This document shows positions 1 to 9,961 of a DNA stretch of 64,000 nucleotides, piece after piece. Source of the DNA: Acidobacteriota bacterium (GTDB lineage: Bacteria > Acidobacteriota > Vicinamibacteria > Fen-336); NCBI GenBank assembly GCA_022340585.1, contig JAJDNS010000132.1, positions 7,967-71,966 of the forward strand. The letters are read 5' to 3'. The notes beneath the pieces were generated by a model. It searched no databases. It had not been told where the DNA came from and was given only the letters and a program-made list of their open reading frames with translations. The first letter of the stretch is position 1. Every line of letters starts with the position of its first letter. The translations under genes and the position numbers were made by a program.

Positions 1-1
1 G

Positions 2-421
2 CCACCCCGCCCGAAGGAGCTGGAGGACGGCCGGCGCATGCCCGACGAGGGCGGGGCGCTCATCAAGGGCAGCGAGGGCACCCTCATGTGCGGCGTCTAC
101 GGCGACAGCCCCCGGATCATCCCGGAGGAGAAGATGCGGACGGCCGAGCTGCCCGAGCCGTCTCTCCCCCGCGTGGAGGGCTCCCACGAGATGGAATGGG
201 TCCGGGCCTGCAAGCGGGGCGAGCCCGCCGGGGCCGACTTCGCCTACTCGGGCCCCCTCACCGAGATCTGCCAGCTGGGCAACGTGGCCCAGCGCGCCGA
301 CACCCGCATCCTCTGGGACGCGGCGAGCCTCCGGGTCACCAACCTGCCCGAGGCCCAGCAATATGTCCGCTATCCCGCTCGCGAGGGCTGGCAGCTGCCC
401 GAGCTGGGCGAGGTGCCCTGA
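2..421 (+). CDS. Gfo/Idh/MocA family oxidoreductase, C-terminal part (5' end outside window)
   Basis: Frame is open from the window edge; HEMEWVRACKRG...DFAYSGPLTEICQLGNVA resembles the C-terminus of the Gfo protein at 52851-54278. Confidence 0.8.
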   Translation, partial: PPRPKELEDGRRMPDEGGALIKGSEGTLMCGVYGDSPRIIPEEKMRTAELPEPSLPRVEGSHEMEWVRACKRGEPAGADFAYSGPLTEICQLGNVAQRADTRILWDAASLRVTNLPEAQQYVRYPAREGWQLPELGEVP

Positions 422-506
422 GCGCGGGACGCCCCACCCGCCTGAGTACGCGTCCCCTCACTCGGCGTCTCCTCCGCCGGGCGGTGATGCCAGAAAGCCA
501 GCTTGA

Positions 507-515
507 TGGTATTCT
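507..515 (+). promoter_or_regulatory. Extended -10 promoter (TGgTATTCT) for the TA operon, probably leaderless
   Basis: TGn-TATTCT ends 6 nt before ATG 522; no well-spaced SD. Confidence 0.55.
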
Positions 516-521
516 GGGAAT

Positions 522-791
522 ATGAAGACGACGCTGGACCTCCCCGATGACCTGATGCGCGAGGTCAAGATCAAGGCAGTCAACGAGAACCGCAAGCTCA
601 AGGATGCCATCGCCGACCTGCTGCGCCGGGGGCTGGCCGAGGAGACCCGGGCCCAGGGGATACGCAGGAGGGCCAGGCTGCCACTCGTGCAGTGCGCACA
701 CCAGGCTCGGCCCGAGGAGGAGATGACCCCGGACCGCGTCGCCGAGGTCCTGCTGGCCGAGGAGTCCGGAACGCACCGTGGTTCTCTGTGA
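522..791 (+). CDS. vapB: VapB-like antitoxin (ribbon-helix-helix)
   Basis: N-terminus MKTTLDLPDDLMREVK; overlaps the downstream PIN gene. Confidence 0.8.
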   Translation: MKTTLDLPDDLMREVKIKAVNENRKLKDAIADLLRRGLAEETRAQGIRRRARLPLVQCAHQARPEEEMTPDRVAEVLLAEESGTHRGSL

Positions 792-1218
792 CAGCAACGT
801 CTGGCTCGCCCTCGCGCTGTCCAGACACGCCCACCATGCCGTGGCCAGCGACTGGTTCGAGGGCGTGGAGACGGCCTCCTCCGTCCTCTTCTGTCGAGCC
901 ACCCAGCAGACGTTCCTCCGCCTCCTCACCAACGCCGCCGTCCTGGGCCCGTACGGCAACCCACCCCTGACCAACCGGCAGTCCTGGGAGGCGTACGAGG
1001 CGCTGCTCGCTGACGACCGGGTCACCTTCCGCGTCGAAGAGCCGAGGGGGATCGAAGCCCACTGGAAGCGGTACGCGCAACGCGACACCTCTTCCCCGAA
1101 GCTCTGGATGGACGCCTACCTCGCCGCCTTCGCCCTCACCTGCGGGTACCGCATGGTCACGACGGACGGCGCCTTCAGGCAGTTCGAGGGGCTCGATCTC
1201 GACCTTCTCGAGAAGTAG
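778..1218 (+). CDS. vapC: VapC PIN-domain ribonuclease toxin
   Basis: LCDSNVWLAL, WMDAYLAAFA and TTDGAF PIN acidic motifs. Confidence 0.9.
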   Translation: MVLCDSNVWLALALSRHAHHAVASDWFEGVETASSVLFCRATQQTFLRLLTNAAVLGPYGNPPLTNRQSWEAYEALLADDRVTFRVEEPRGIEAHWKRYAQRDTSSPKLWMDAYLAAFALTCGYRMVTTDGAFRQFEGLDLDLLEK

Positions 1219-1294
1219 GGGCACAGGCGGCCAGTTCCGGCTGGGGGTGCAGGTGGCCGGGAGACCCGCGAGGCCCCCATCGGTCGGACGGGCC

Positions 1295-2674
1295 CTAGCG
1301 CGACAGCGCCTTGATCCGGATCCGGCGGTACTCCATCTGTCCCCGGTCGCCCTCGAGGCCGATGGGGCCCGACGCGGGCAGCTCCATCCCGACCTCGAGC
1401 ACCTCGCCGTTGCAGATGGCCACGGCCTTGCCGTCCTTGACCGTCACCACGATCTCGTTCCAGTCCTGGGGCCGGTAGCGCTCGAGGTCGCGGTAGGGGC
1501 CGGCGAGGGCGTAGTCCCGGCACTGGAGCTGGGGACCCCGGACGTAGATGCCGCTGTCGGCGTTGGGGGTGGCGCGGAACTCCAGCTTCAGGATGAAGTT
1601 CTCCGGGAACTCCCGGGTGGTCCAGAGCTGCTGGATCTTCCGGTACTCGGGGGGCGTCGTCACCACGAGGCGCCCTCCGATGGCGGCGAACCGCCCGTCG
1701 GGTGACCGGGTCAGGCCGTCGAAGTCGACCCGCTCGGTGACGAAGGGCCAGTCGGCGGCGTCCGGGTCCGAGGCCTGCCAGCTCCGGGCCGCCTTCTTGT
1801 CCTCCTCCGAGGTGGGTCGGTAGCCCCAGCCCGTGAGGTCGTGGCCGTTGAAGAGACTCTGGAAGCCCTCCTCGGGCACGAACGGCTCGGACACTGAGAA
1901 CCCGAGGGTCGCCAGGATGGGCCGCACCGCTGCCTCCCACTTGGCGTATCCCAGGTCGTTGGGGTGGAGCAGGTCGGGGAACTCCTCGGGCTTCGCGTTT
2001 CCGTCCTCGCCGGCGAACAGGGGCCAGGTCTCGAGGTAGGTGACTCGGGGGTCTCCCTTGACCGCGGCCAGGTAGAGGGCGTTGACCGCCTGGATCTGCT
2101 CCGGGGGACGGTTCTTCTCGGGCGAGCTGGGGAACACCTGGCACAGCACGACGGGCATGCGCGGGTCGTGGGTCTCCAGCGCCTCCACGATGAGCTTCAG
2201 GTTGCCGGCGATGATCTCGGGGGTCGCGCCCTCGTCGAGGTCGTTCGTCCCGATGAGCAGGACGACGGCCGCCGGGTTCACGGCGAGCACGTCCTCCTCC
2301 AGTCGGATCAGGACCCCCCGCGTGGTGTCGCCGCTGATGCCCCGCCCCGCGACCCTCACCCCGGGAAACGCGGCGGCGAGGCGGCTCTCCCACCCCTGGG
2401 TGATGGAGTCGCCGAGGAACACCACTGCCCCCTGGTCCTCCTCGAGATGCTCGGCCCAGGCCGTGCGGCGCTCCAGCCACAGCTTCTCGAACCACTCGTA
2501 GCGTCGGATCGGGCCGGCCCCGGGCAAGCCCTCGTCGGTGGCGGGAATCGCGAGCGGGTGGTCGGCCGAAACGGCCGCCGGGGCGTTGCCGGCGGCGGAA
2601 CCCGGAACGCCGAGGAGTACCAGCCCAGCCGAAAAGGAGAAGTACAGGATGCCCGACCGGGTGACGTGCAACAT
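1295..2674 (-). CDS. Secreted SGNH/GDSL hydrolase fused to a DUF1080 (3-keto-disaccharide hydrolase-like) domain
   Basis: Signal-like N-terminus; FLGDSIT, GISGDTT, IGTND, DLLHPN; then LFNGHDLTGW...GPIGLEGD; start set at MLHVTR. Confidence 0.8.
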   Translation of the reverse strand: MLHVTRSGILYFSFSAGLVLLGVPGSAAGNAPAAVSADHPLAIPATDEGLPGAGPIRRYEWFEKLWLERRTAWAEHLEEDQGAVVFLGDSITQGWESRLAAAFPGVRVAGRGISGDTTRGVLIRLEEDVLAVNPAAVVLLIGTNDLDEGATPEIIAGNLKLIVEALETHDPRMPVVLCQVFPSSPEKNRPPEQIQAVNALYLAAVKGDPRVTYLETWPLFAGEDGNAKPEEFPDLLHPNDLGYAKWEAAVRPILATLGFSVSEPFVPEEGFQSLFNGHDLTGWGYRPTSEEDKKAARSWQASDPDAADWPFVTERVDFDGLTRSPDGRFAAIGGRLVVTTPPEYRKIQQLWTTREFPENFILKLEFRATPNADSGIYVRGPQLQCRDYALAGPYRDLERYRPQDWNEIVVTVKDGKAVAICNGEVLEVGMELPASGPIGLEGDRGQMEYRRIRIKALSR

Positions 2675-2825
2675 GCTCGTGCCCTCCACTCGGAGGTCGA
2701 TGTTACACGAGCCCGTCCACACGAGCTCCCGCGTGCACTCCCGGCTACAATGGCAACCACCTGCGAGCAAGACGGAGGCCCATGCAGACCGCCCGCCACA
2801 CCTCGAACTGCAGACCCGCGCCGGC

Positions 2826-4382
2826 ATGAGCGGACGAGACCGCTTCGGCTCGCGCCTCGGCATGATGCTGGTCATGCTGGGCATGGCGGTGGGCACCGGG
2901 AACATCTGGCGCTTCCCGCGCATCGCCGCCCAGAACGGGGGCGGGGAGTTCCTGATCCCCTGGGTCACCTTCCTCTTCCTGTGGTCGATCCCGCTGCTGC
3001 TGGTGGAGTTCGGCCTCGGCCGCAAGGTGCGTTGTGGACCCATCGGCGCCTTCGCGCGGGTGATGGGACCGAGCTGGGCGTGGATGGGGGCCTTCGTGGC
3101 CTTCGTCGCGACCGCCATCCTCTTCTACTACTCGGTGGTGACGGGCTGGACCTTCCGGTACGTGCTCGCCTCCGTGACGGGTCAGCTGCCGGAGGCGCAG
3201 CCGGGGGCCTTCTGGGCCGAGTACACGAGCTCGTGGTGGCCGGTGGTCACCCACGGAGCAGCCATCGGCCTGGGCACCTTCGTCGTCGCGCGGGGCATCG
3301 GTGGCATCGAGCGCGTGGCCCGGGTGTTGATGCCGACGCTGATCCTGCTGGTAGTGGTTCTCGCGCTGCGCGCGGTGACCCTGCCCGGCGCCTCGGAGGG
3401 GCTCGCCTACCTCTTCGGGGTCGACTGGGGACAGCTGGCGAACGCCCGGCTCTGGATCGAGGCCCTGACCCAGAACGCCTGGGACACCGGCGCCGGCTGG
3501 GGGCTGGCCCTCTGCTACGCCGCCTACCTGCGCGAGGGCGAGGACACCGCGCTCAACGCCGTCCTCCTGCCGGTGGCCAACAACGCGATCTCACTCCTGG
3601 CCGGGGTGATGGTGCTGTGCACGGTCTTCTCGGTCGTCCCGAGCCTCGTCGCCGGCGTGGCCTCGAGCCCCGAGGCCCTGGCCGGCTTCCCCACGCTGGC
3701 CGCGGCGGTCGAGGGAGGAGAGACCCTCACCCCCGCGCTCCTGGAGAGGACGATCTTTGGCGCCAGCAACGAAGGCCTGACCTTCATCTGGATCCCGCAG
3801 CTCATGGGGACGCTTCCCTTCGGGCGCGTGATCATGCTCCTGTTCTTCACCGCGCTGGCCCTGGCGGCCATGACGAGCCTGGTGGCGATGGTGGAGCTGG
3901 CCACGCGGGTGCTGGTGGACGCCGGCGTCGAACGGACACGGGCGGTGCGCTTCGTTGGCGTCGGGGCCTTCCTCATGGGGATACCCTCGGCCCTGTCTCT
4001 GCGGGTGCTCAAGAACCAGGACTGGGTGTGGGGCGTGGCCCTGATTCTCAGCGGCCTGTTCTTCGCGGTGGCGATCATCCGCTACGGCGTCCAGCGTTTC
4101 CGCGAGGAGCAGATCAACCACCCGGACTCCGACATCCGCATCGGGCGATGGTGGGACGTCGTGATCGGGGTGCTGGTCCCCGTCGAAGCCGTGATCCTGC
4201 TGGCCTGGTGGCTCTACCAGGCGTGGTCGTGGGACCCGGAGGGGTGGCTCACGCCGTTCGCCCAGGAGAACGTGGGCACCGTCCTCGTCCAGTTCGCAGT
4301 GGTGCTCGCCGCCCTCATCGCCGCGAACCGCTGGATGACCCGGCGCACCCTCCCCCACGTCGACGCCGGGACATCCGACTGA
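2826..4382 (+). CDS. Sodium-dependent transporter, NSS/SNF family
   Basis: GMAVGTGNIWRFP...NGGGEFLIP signature; many TM helices. Confidence 0.9.
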   Translation: MSGRDRFGSRLGMMLVMLGMAVGTGNIWRFPRIAAQNGGGEFLIPWVTFLFLWSIPLLLVEFGLGRKVRCGPIGAFARVMGPSWAWMGAFVAFVATAILFYYSVVTGWTFRYVLASVTGQLPEAQPGAFWAEYTSSWWPVVTHGAAIGLGTFVVARGIGGIERVARVLMPTLILLVVVLALRAVTLPGASEGLAYLFGVDWGQLANARLWIEALTQNAWDTGAGWGLALCYAAYLREGEDTALNAVLLPVANNAISLLAGVMVLCTVFSVVPSLVAGVASSPEALAGFPTLAAAVEGGETLTPALLERTIFGASNEGLTFIWIPQLMGTLPFGRVIMLLFFTALALAAMTSLVAMVELATRVLVDAGVERTRAVRFVGVGAFLMGIPSALSLRVLKNQDWVWGVALILSGLFFAVAIIRYGVQRFREEQINHPDSDIRIGRWWDVVIGVLVPVEAVILLAWWLYQAWSWDPEGWLTPFAQENVGTVLVQFAVVLAALIAANRWMTRRTLPHVDAGTSD

Positions 4383-4392
4383 TCATGCGCGG

Positions 4393-5334
4393 CTAGCCCG
4401 TCGCCCCGGGGCCGGCGGCCGGGATCTGCTGCAGGTCGAAGGGCGTCTGCTGGTAGACGTAGTAGTTGAGCCAGTTGGAGTAGAGCAGGCTCGCGTGCCC
4501 CCGCCAGCGGACGACGGGCTCCTTCGTCGGGTCGTCGTCGGGGAAGTAGTTCTTCGGAACGCCGATGGGCAGGCCCTTCCGAACGTCCCGGACGTACTCG
4601 CCCTCGAGGGTGAGCGGGTCGTACTCGGAGTGGCCAGTGACGAAGATGTGGCGGCGGTCGGCCGAGAGTACGATGTAGACGCCCGCCTCGTCGGACTCGG
4701 CGAGCAGGACCAGCTCGGGCACGGCGAGGATGTCCTCCTTCCGTACCTCGGTGTGGCGGGAGTGCGGCGCGTAGAAGACGTCGTCGAAGCCTCGCGTCAG
4801 ACGCTCGAACGGCACGTGCAGGCGGTGCGGAAAGACCCCGAACATCTTCTCGGGCAGCGGGTACTTGGGGACTCCGTAGTAGTGGAACAGCCCCGCCTGC
4901 GCTCCCCAGCAGATGTAGAAGGTGGAGTAGACGTGGGTCCGGGCCCAGTCCATGACCCGGACCAGCTCCGGCCAGTAGTCCACCTCCTCGAACGGCAGCT
5001 GCTCCACCGGGGCCCCGGTGATGATGAGGCCGTCGAAGTTCTGGTCCTCGACATCCGAGAACGCCGAGTAGTGCTCGAGCAGGTGCTCCGACGGCGTGTT
5101 CTTCGACTCGTGGGACTCCATGCGGAGAAGCTCGATCTCGACCTGCAGGGGCGAGTTGCCCAGGAGCCGCAGGAGCTGGGTCTCGGTCACGATCTTCGTG
5201 GGCATCACGTTGAGGATGGCGAGTCGAAGCGGGCGGATGTCCTGGTGGACGGCCCGGTTCTCCCCCATCACGAAGATGTTCTCGCTCTCGAGGATGCCCA
5301 TGGCGGGCAACGTGTCCGGGATCTTGACGGGCAT
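4393..5334 (-). CDS. metA: Homoserine O-acyltransferase MetA (probably acetyl-specific)
   Basis: [45 protein letters not shown]; SD AGGAG. Confidence 0.95.
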   Translation of the reverse strand: MPVKIPDTLPAMGILESENIFVMGENRAVHQDIRPLRLAILNVMPTKIVTETQLLRLLGNSPLQVEIELLRMESHESKNTPSEHLLEHYSAFSDVEDQNFDGLIITGAPVEQLPFEEVDYWPELVRVMDWARTHVYSTFYICWGAQAGLFHYYGVPKYPLPEKMFGVFPHRLHVPFERLTRGFDDVFYAPHSRHTEVRKEDILAVPELVLLAESDEAGVYIVLSADRRHIFVTGHSEYDPLTLEGEYVRDVRKGLPIGVPKNYFPDDDPTKEPVVRWRGHASLLYSNWLNYYVYQQTPFDLQQIPAAGPGATG

Positions 5335-5395
5335 GGGGAGCTCCTGACTCCTCCGGGGAGCCACCGGGCGGGGGCGGAACCCATCGGAAAACCTC

Positions 5396-5425
5396 AACTT
5401 ACGCCGCTGCCCGTCCCGGCGTCAA
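5396..5425 (-). promoter_or_regulatory. Putative sigma70 promoter of metA
   Basis: Minus strand TTGACG-N18-TAAGTT. Confidence 0.45.
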
Positions 5426-5529
5426 TCGACCGGGGAGATTCCCCGGCCCGTCTTGGCGGGTTTTCCCCGCGTTCGCGTGAAGAAGGGGTGAAGACAGGCG
5501 AACCGAACAAAATGCCAGGAGGAAGAGCC

Positions 5530-6114
5530 ATGACGACGCAGACAGCCGAAAAGAAGCGAGAGAAGGTTCCCATGAACGGGGTGGACACCCCCACGCTGTT
5601 CGCCACCATCAACGCGGTCAAGGAGCAGCCGGAGCTTGCCAAGGCCCAGTTCCGGGCCAGCAGCCGGTGGGTGGCCGGGACGCACAGCCGCAGCAAGGTC
5701 GAGTCGTTCACCGCGGCCGGCGGTACCCACACCCACGAGGGCGACTACGCCTTCGACGCCGACCACCCCAAGGTGCTCACCGGCACCGGCAAGGGCGCGA
5801 CCCCGGTCGAGTTCCTCCTCCACGGCCTCGCCGGCTGCCTCACCGCCGGCATCGCCAACATCGCCGCCGCCCGCGGCGTGAAGCTCACCGAGGTGGAGTC
5901 CACGGTCGAGGGCGACATGGACATGCTCGGCATCCTCGGGCTTTCGGACGAGGTCCGGAACGGCTACCAGAAGATCCGGATCAACTTCAAGATCAAGGGC
6001 GACGCCCCCCCCGAGAAGCTCCAGGAGATCGTCGCGCAGTCGCGCAACCGGTCCGCGGTGTACGACGTCATCACCCAGGGCACCCCCGTCGAGATCAATG
6101 TGGAGGCGGCCTGA
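5530..6114 (+). CDS. OsmC/Ohr-like family protein
   Basis: DADHPKVLTGTGKGATPVEFLLHGLAGCL, VEGDMDMLGILG; SD GGAGG. Confidence 0.85.
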   Translation: MTTQTAEKKREKVPMNGVDTPTLFATINAVKEQPELAKAQFRASSRWVAGTHSRSKVESFTAAGGTHTHEGDYAFDADHPKVLTGTGKGATPVEFLLHGLAGCLTAGIANIAAARGVKLTEVESTVEGDMDMLGILGLSDEVRNGYQKIRINFKIKGDAPPEKLQEIVAQSRNRSAVYDVITQGTPVEINVEAA

Positions 6115-6187
6115 GGGCAACCGGTACGGGCCGGCCGCGCCCGATCTGTCGGGCCGGCCGGCCGCCCCGGGCATGAGGAGAAGAACG

Positions 6188-7438
6188 ATGAGACGCTCGG
6201 AGACGGTGGTCATCGGCGGCGGACAGGCGGGACTGGCCATGAGCCGGTGCCTGACCGAGCGCGCCGTCGACCACGTAGTCCTGGAGAGGGGTCGGGTGGC
6301 CGAGCGGTGGCGCTCCGAGCGATGGGACTCGCTTCGACTTCTCACCCCGAGATGGCAGAGCCGTCTGCCGGGCCAGCGGTACCAGGGTCCGGAGCCCAAC
6401 GGCTACATGACCATGCCCGAGGTGATCGACTACCTCGATGGCTACGCCCGCTCGATCGGCGCGCCGGTGGAGACGGGCACGACGGTCGTTGCCGTGGAGC
6501 CGGCCTCCTCGGGCTACCGCGTGCGCACCGACCGGGGTGACTGGGAGGCCGACAACGTCGTCCTCGCCACGGGCTACTGCGACGTCCCCCACGTCCCCGA
6601 GATGGCGGGCGGACTCCCCGCGGACGTGGTCCAGGTGGTCCCCAGCCGCTACCGGAACCCCGCTCAGCTCCCCGAGGGCGGCGTGCTCGTAGTGGGGGCC
6701 TCGTCCACCGGGATCCAGCTGGCCGACGAGATCCACACCTCTGGTCGCCCGGTGACCCTGGCCGTGGGCCGCCACACGCGGATGCCCCGGAGCTACCGGG
6801 GCAAGGATATCTTGTGGTGGCTGGACACCATGGGAGTCCTCGACCAGGCGGCGGCCGACGTCTACGACATCGAGGTCTCGCGCCGCCAGCCGTCGCTCCA
6901 GCTGGTGGGACGGCCCGACCACAGCACCCTCGACCTGCCGCTCCTGCAGGACCGTGGCGTCCGCCTCGCCGGGCGCGCGGTGGAGGTGGACGGAGCGCGG
7001 GTTGCCTTCGCCGACGATCTCATCGTCCAGACCGTGGCCGCCGACACGCGTCTCGCTCGGCTCATCCAGCGAATCGACGAGCACGTGGCGCGCGCCGGTC
7101 TCGCCGGGGAGGTGGGCGCGGCCGAGCCCTTCGTGCCCTTCCACTGGCCCGCGCAGGGGCCGAGCACAATCGACCTGAGGCAGGAGGGCATCCGGACCGT
7201 CCTCTGGGCCACCGGGTTCCGCCGGACCTACCCGTGGCTCAAGGTCCCGGTCCTCGACGACCGCGGGGAGATCCGTCACCAGGGCGGCATCACCCCCGCC
7301 CCCGGCCTGTACGTGATGGGCCACTACTTCCTGCGCCGTCGGAAGTCGAGCTTCATCGACGGGGTGGGTGACGACGCCCGGGATCTGGCGGAGCACATCG
7401 CCCGCCGCCGGCCCCGCCCCGAGCGCACGGCGGCCTGA
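6188..7438 (+). CDS. Flavin-containing monooxygenase-like FAD/NAD(P) oxidoreductase
   Basis: VIGGGQAG, RWDSLRLLTP, VVGASSTG, WATGF. Confidence 0.85.
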   Translation: MRRSETVVIGGGQAGLAMSRCLTERAVDHVVLERGRVAERWRSERWDSLRLLTPRWQSRLPGQRYQGPEPNGYMTMPEVIDYLDGYARSIGAPVETGTTVVAVEPASSGYRVRTDRGDWEADNVVLATGYCDVPHVPEMAGGLPADVVQVVPSRYRNPAQLPEGGVLVVGASSTGIQLADEIHTSGRPVTLAVGRHTRMPRSYRGKDILWWLDTMGVLDQAAADVYDIEVSRRQPSLQLVGRPDHSTLDLPLLQDRGVRLAGRAVEVDGARVAFADDLIVQTVAADTRLARLIQRIDEHVARAGLAGEVGAAEPFVPFHWPAQGPSTIDLRQEGIRTVLWATGFRRTYPWLKVPVLDDRGEIRHQGGITPAPGLYVMGHYFLRRRKSSFIDGVGDDARDLAEHIARRRPRPERTAA

Positions 7439-7454
7439 GGCAAAGGAGGGAGCC

Positions 7455-8642
7455 ATGGAGGAACAGAATTCTCGGCAAGCCCGTTACGACGCGGTCGTGG
7501 TCGGAGCCCGGTGTGCCGGAGCCGCCACCGCCCTCCTCCTCGCCCGCGAGGGGCTCCGGGTGCTCGTGGTGGACCGGGGCCGCTACGGCGCCGACACCCT
7601 GTCCACCCACGCCCTCATGCGGGGCGCGGTTGTTCAGCTCCACCGGTGGGGTGTGCTCGAGGCGATCGAGGCGGCGGGGACCCCGGTCGTCCGCACGACC
7701 TCGTTCCACTACGCCGACGAGGTCATCCGGATCCCGATCAAGCCTCGGGACGGCATCCCGGGGCTGTACGCTCCCCGGAGGACCGTGATCGACCGGGCGC
7801 TCGTGGACGCAGCACGGGACGCGGGAGCGGAATTTGCCTACGGCGTCCGTCTCGTCAACCTGGCCCGCTCTTCCGACGGCCGCGTGGGCGGCGTCGTCAT
7901 CGAGGACGCCGAGGGACGCCTGAAGAGCGTGGGCGCGAGGATCGTCGTGGGCGCCGATGGCCTGCGGTCGACGGTGGCCGGCCTCGTGGGGGCAGACCCC
8001 TACCGGACCGGCCGGCACGCCACCAGTGTCGTCTTCGGCTACTTCTCCGGGCTCGACGACGACGGCTACCACTGGTACTACCGCCCCGGAGTGAGCGCCG
8101 GAGTGATCCCGACCAACGACGGGCTGACCTGCGTGTTCGCCTCGGTCCCCGACCGGCGCTTTCACGACGAGATCCGTCACGACCCCGGCGCCGGCTTCGC
8201 CCGGGTGCTGTCCGAGTGCTCCCCGGAGCTGGCGCGCTACGTGGCGAGCGGGCAGAGGTCGGGGAACCTCCGCGGCTTCCCGGGCCAGACCGGCTTCCTC
8301 CGGCAGCCCTGGGGGCAGGGCTGGGCCCTCGTGGGCGACGCCGCCTACTTCAAGGACCCGCTCACCGCCCACGGCATCACCGATGCCCTGCGCGACGCGG
8401 AGCTGCTCGCCCGCGCGGTGCTCGATGGATCCGATGCGGGGCTGGCCGGCTACCAGGAGGCCCGGGACGCGATGGCCCTCGGCCTGTTCGAGGTGACGGA
8501 CGAGATCGCCTCCTTCGACTGGGATCTCCCGCAGATCAAGGAGATGCACCTGCGCCTCAGCGAGGAGATGAAGGACGAGGTGGCAGCGATGGCCGAGTGG
8601 CGCCGGGAAGCGGAGAGTGTGGCGGTCGGCCGCACGGCATAG
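7455..8642 (+). CDS. FAD-dependent oxidoreductase (geranylgeranyl reductase/halogenase-like)
   Basis: VVGARCAG, VGADG, GWALVGDAAYFKDP..AHGI. Confidence 0.85.
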   Translation: MEEQNSRQARYDAVVVGARCAGAATALLLAREGLRVLVVDRGRYGADTLSTHALMRGAVVQLHRWGVLEAIEAAGTPVVRTTSFHYADEVIRIPIKPRDGIPGLYAPRRTVIDRALVDAARDAGAEFAYGVRLVNLARSSDGRVGGVVIEDAEGRLKSVGARIVVGADGLRSTVAGLVGADPYRTGRHATSVVFGYFSGLDDDGYHWYYRPGVSAGVIPTNDGLTCVFASVPDRRFHDEIRHDPGAGFARVLSECSPELARYVASGQRSGNLRGFPGQTGFLRQPWGQGWALVGDAAYFKDPLTAHGITDALRDAELLARAVLDGSDAGLAGYQEARDAMALGLFEVTDEIASFDWDLPQIKEMHLRLSEEMKDEVAAMAEWRREAESVAVGRTA

Positions 8643-8672
8643 AGTGCGAGCAACCTGGAGCTGCGGCAGCGC

Positions 8673-8780
8673 TGGGGTCAGGTCTGTTGAGAAGAATGAC
8701 GCAAGGTGCGGAAGGGACGGGCACGGTGAAGATGGCGCGTATCGGGGAGTGGGGTGGGGTGAGCTCACGACCTGACCCCA
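8673..8780. repeat. 108-bp intergenic element bounded by 12-bp perfect inverted repeats (REP/MITE-like)
   Basis: TGGGGTCAGGTC at 8673-8684 and GACCTGACCCCA at 8769-8780. Confidence 0.65.
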
Positions 8781-8824
8781 TCGGGGCTCCCCACGACGTC
8801 CTTTGAGCTCGAAGGAGGCAGGCG

Positions 8825-9265
8825 ATGGGTGAGGAAGCGTCGGCGTGGCCGGGGGGGATGCCGCGGGTCGGGGAGAAGGCCCAGCGGTCGCGGCGGATCG
8901 AGCCCGAATACATCCAGCTCTTTACCGATATCAGCGGCGACCGGAACCCGCTCCACTACGACGAGAAGGCCGCCGCCGCCTCTCGCTTCGGTGAGATCGT
9001 GGTGCAGGGCGGCGTCACCAGCGCGATCCTCAACGCGGTCGTGGCCGAGGACCTGCCGGGCCCGGGCACGGTCTTCCTCCACGTGGACTGGAAGTTCACG
9101 GCCCCGGTCCGGCCCGGCGACACCATCACCGGGGCGGTCGAGGTGCTCGAGGTCCGTGAGGACAAGCCGATCACGAGGCTCGCGACGACCGTCACCCGGC
9201 AGGACGACGTGGTCGTTCTGGAGGGCACGGCCGCCTGCTACACGATGGCCCTTGCCGGGCCTTGA
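8825..9265 (+). CDS. MaoC-like dehydratase (hotdog fold)
   Basis: SGDRNPLHYD, LPGPGT, FTAPVRPGD. Confidence 0.9.
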   Translation: MGEEASAWPGGMPRVGEKAQRSRRIEPEYIQLFTDISGDRNPLHYDEKAAAASRFGEIVVQGGVTSAILNAVVAEDLPGPGTVFLHVDWKFTAPVRPGDTITGAVEVLEVREDKPITRLATTVTRQDDVVVLEGTAACYTMALAGP

Positions 9266-9376
9266 GCGCGGTGCTACCTTCGTCCCCAGGGCTCCCGGCA
9301 GGCAACCGTGGCGGCAACGGAGCGCGCACCGCGCGGCCGAGGTCGCCGATTCCATGCTCGGGGGCGAAGGGGCACG

Positions 9377-9958
9377 ATGGCAACGGGCGAGGTCACCCAG
9401 CTTCTCCGGGCCTACGACGGGGGCGACCGCTCCGCCTTCGACCGTCTCGTCCCCATCGTCTACGACGAGCTGCGCCGCCTGGCCCGACGGCAGCTGTACC
9501 GTGGACCCCGGGGGGGCCAGACGCTCAACACGACCGGCCTCGTCCACGAGGCGTATCTGAAGCTCGCGGGCGCCTCGGGTTTGCAGCTGCGCGACCGCGG
9601 CCACCTGATGGCGGTGACCGCCTGTGCCATGCGCCAGGTGATGGTCAGCCGGGCCCGTGCGCGAATGGCCGACAAGCGGGGAGGAGGCGTGGTGCCCGCC
9701 GAGCTCGAGGAGGGACGGGTGGGCGTCGAGCCGGCCGCCGAGTGGCTGCTGGACCTCGACCGGGCGTTGGCCGGCCTCCGGGAGCACGACGAGCGCCTGG
9801 CCCAGGTCTTCGAGTGCCGCTACTTCGCGGGATTGAGCGAAGAGGAGACGGCGGAGGCCCTCGGCATCTCGCTCCGCACGGGCCAGCGCTCCTGGATGCG
9901 AGCCCGGGCCTGGCTTCGTGACGCCCTCCAGAGTCGGACGCGGCATCCCGAGGCCTGA
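9377..9958 (+). CDS. ECF sigma factor, kinase-associated (TIGR02999-like)
   Basis: EVTQLL...VYDELRRLA...TLNTTGLVHEAYLKL...RYFAGLSEEETAEALGIS. Confidence 0.9.
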   Translation: MATGEVTQLLRAYDGGDRSAFDRLVPIVYDELRRLARRQLYRGPRGGQTLNTTGLVHEAYLKLAGASGLQLRDRGHLMAVTACAMRQVMVSRARARMADKRGGGVVPAELEEGRVGVEPAAEWLLDLDRALAGLREHDERLAQVFECRYFAGLSEEETAEALGISLRTGQRSWMRARAWLRDALQSRTRHPEA

Positions 9959-9961
9959 AGC

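Noticed and set aside
461-473. 13-mer CTCGGCGTCTCCT repeated at 31464
   Set aside because: A match this short is expected by chance in 64 kb of high-GC DNA
5335-5529. SAM riboswitch upstream of metA
   Set aside because: No SAM-I/II consensus seen, and the predicted leader is only about 55 nt
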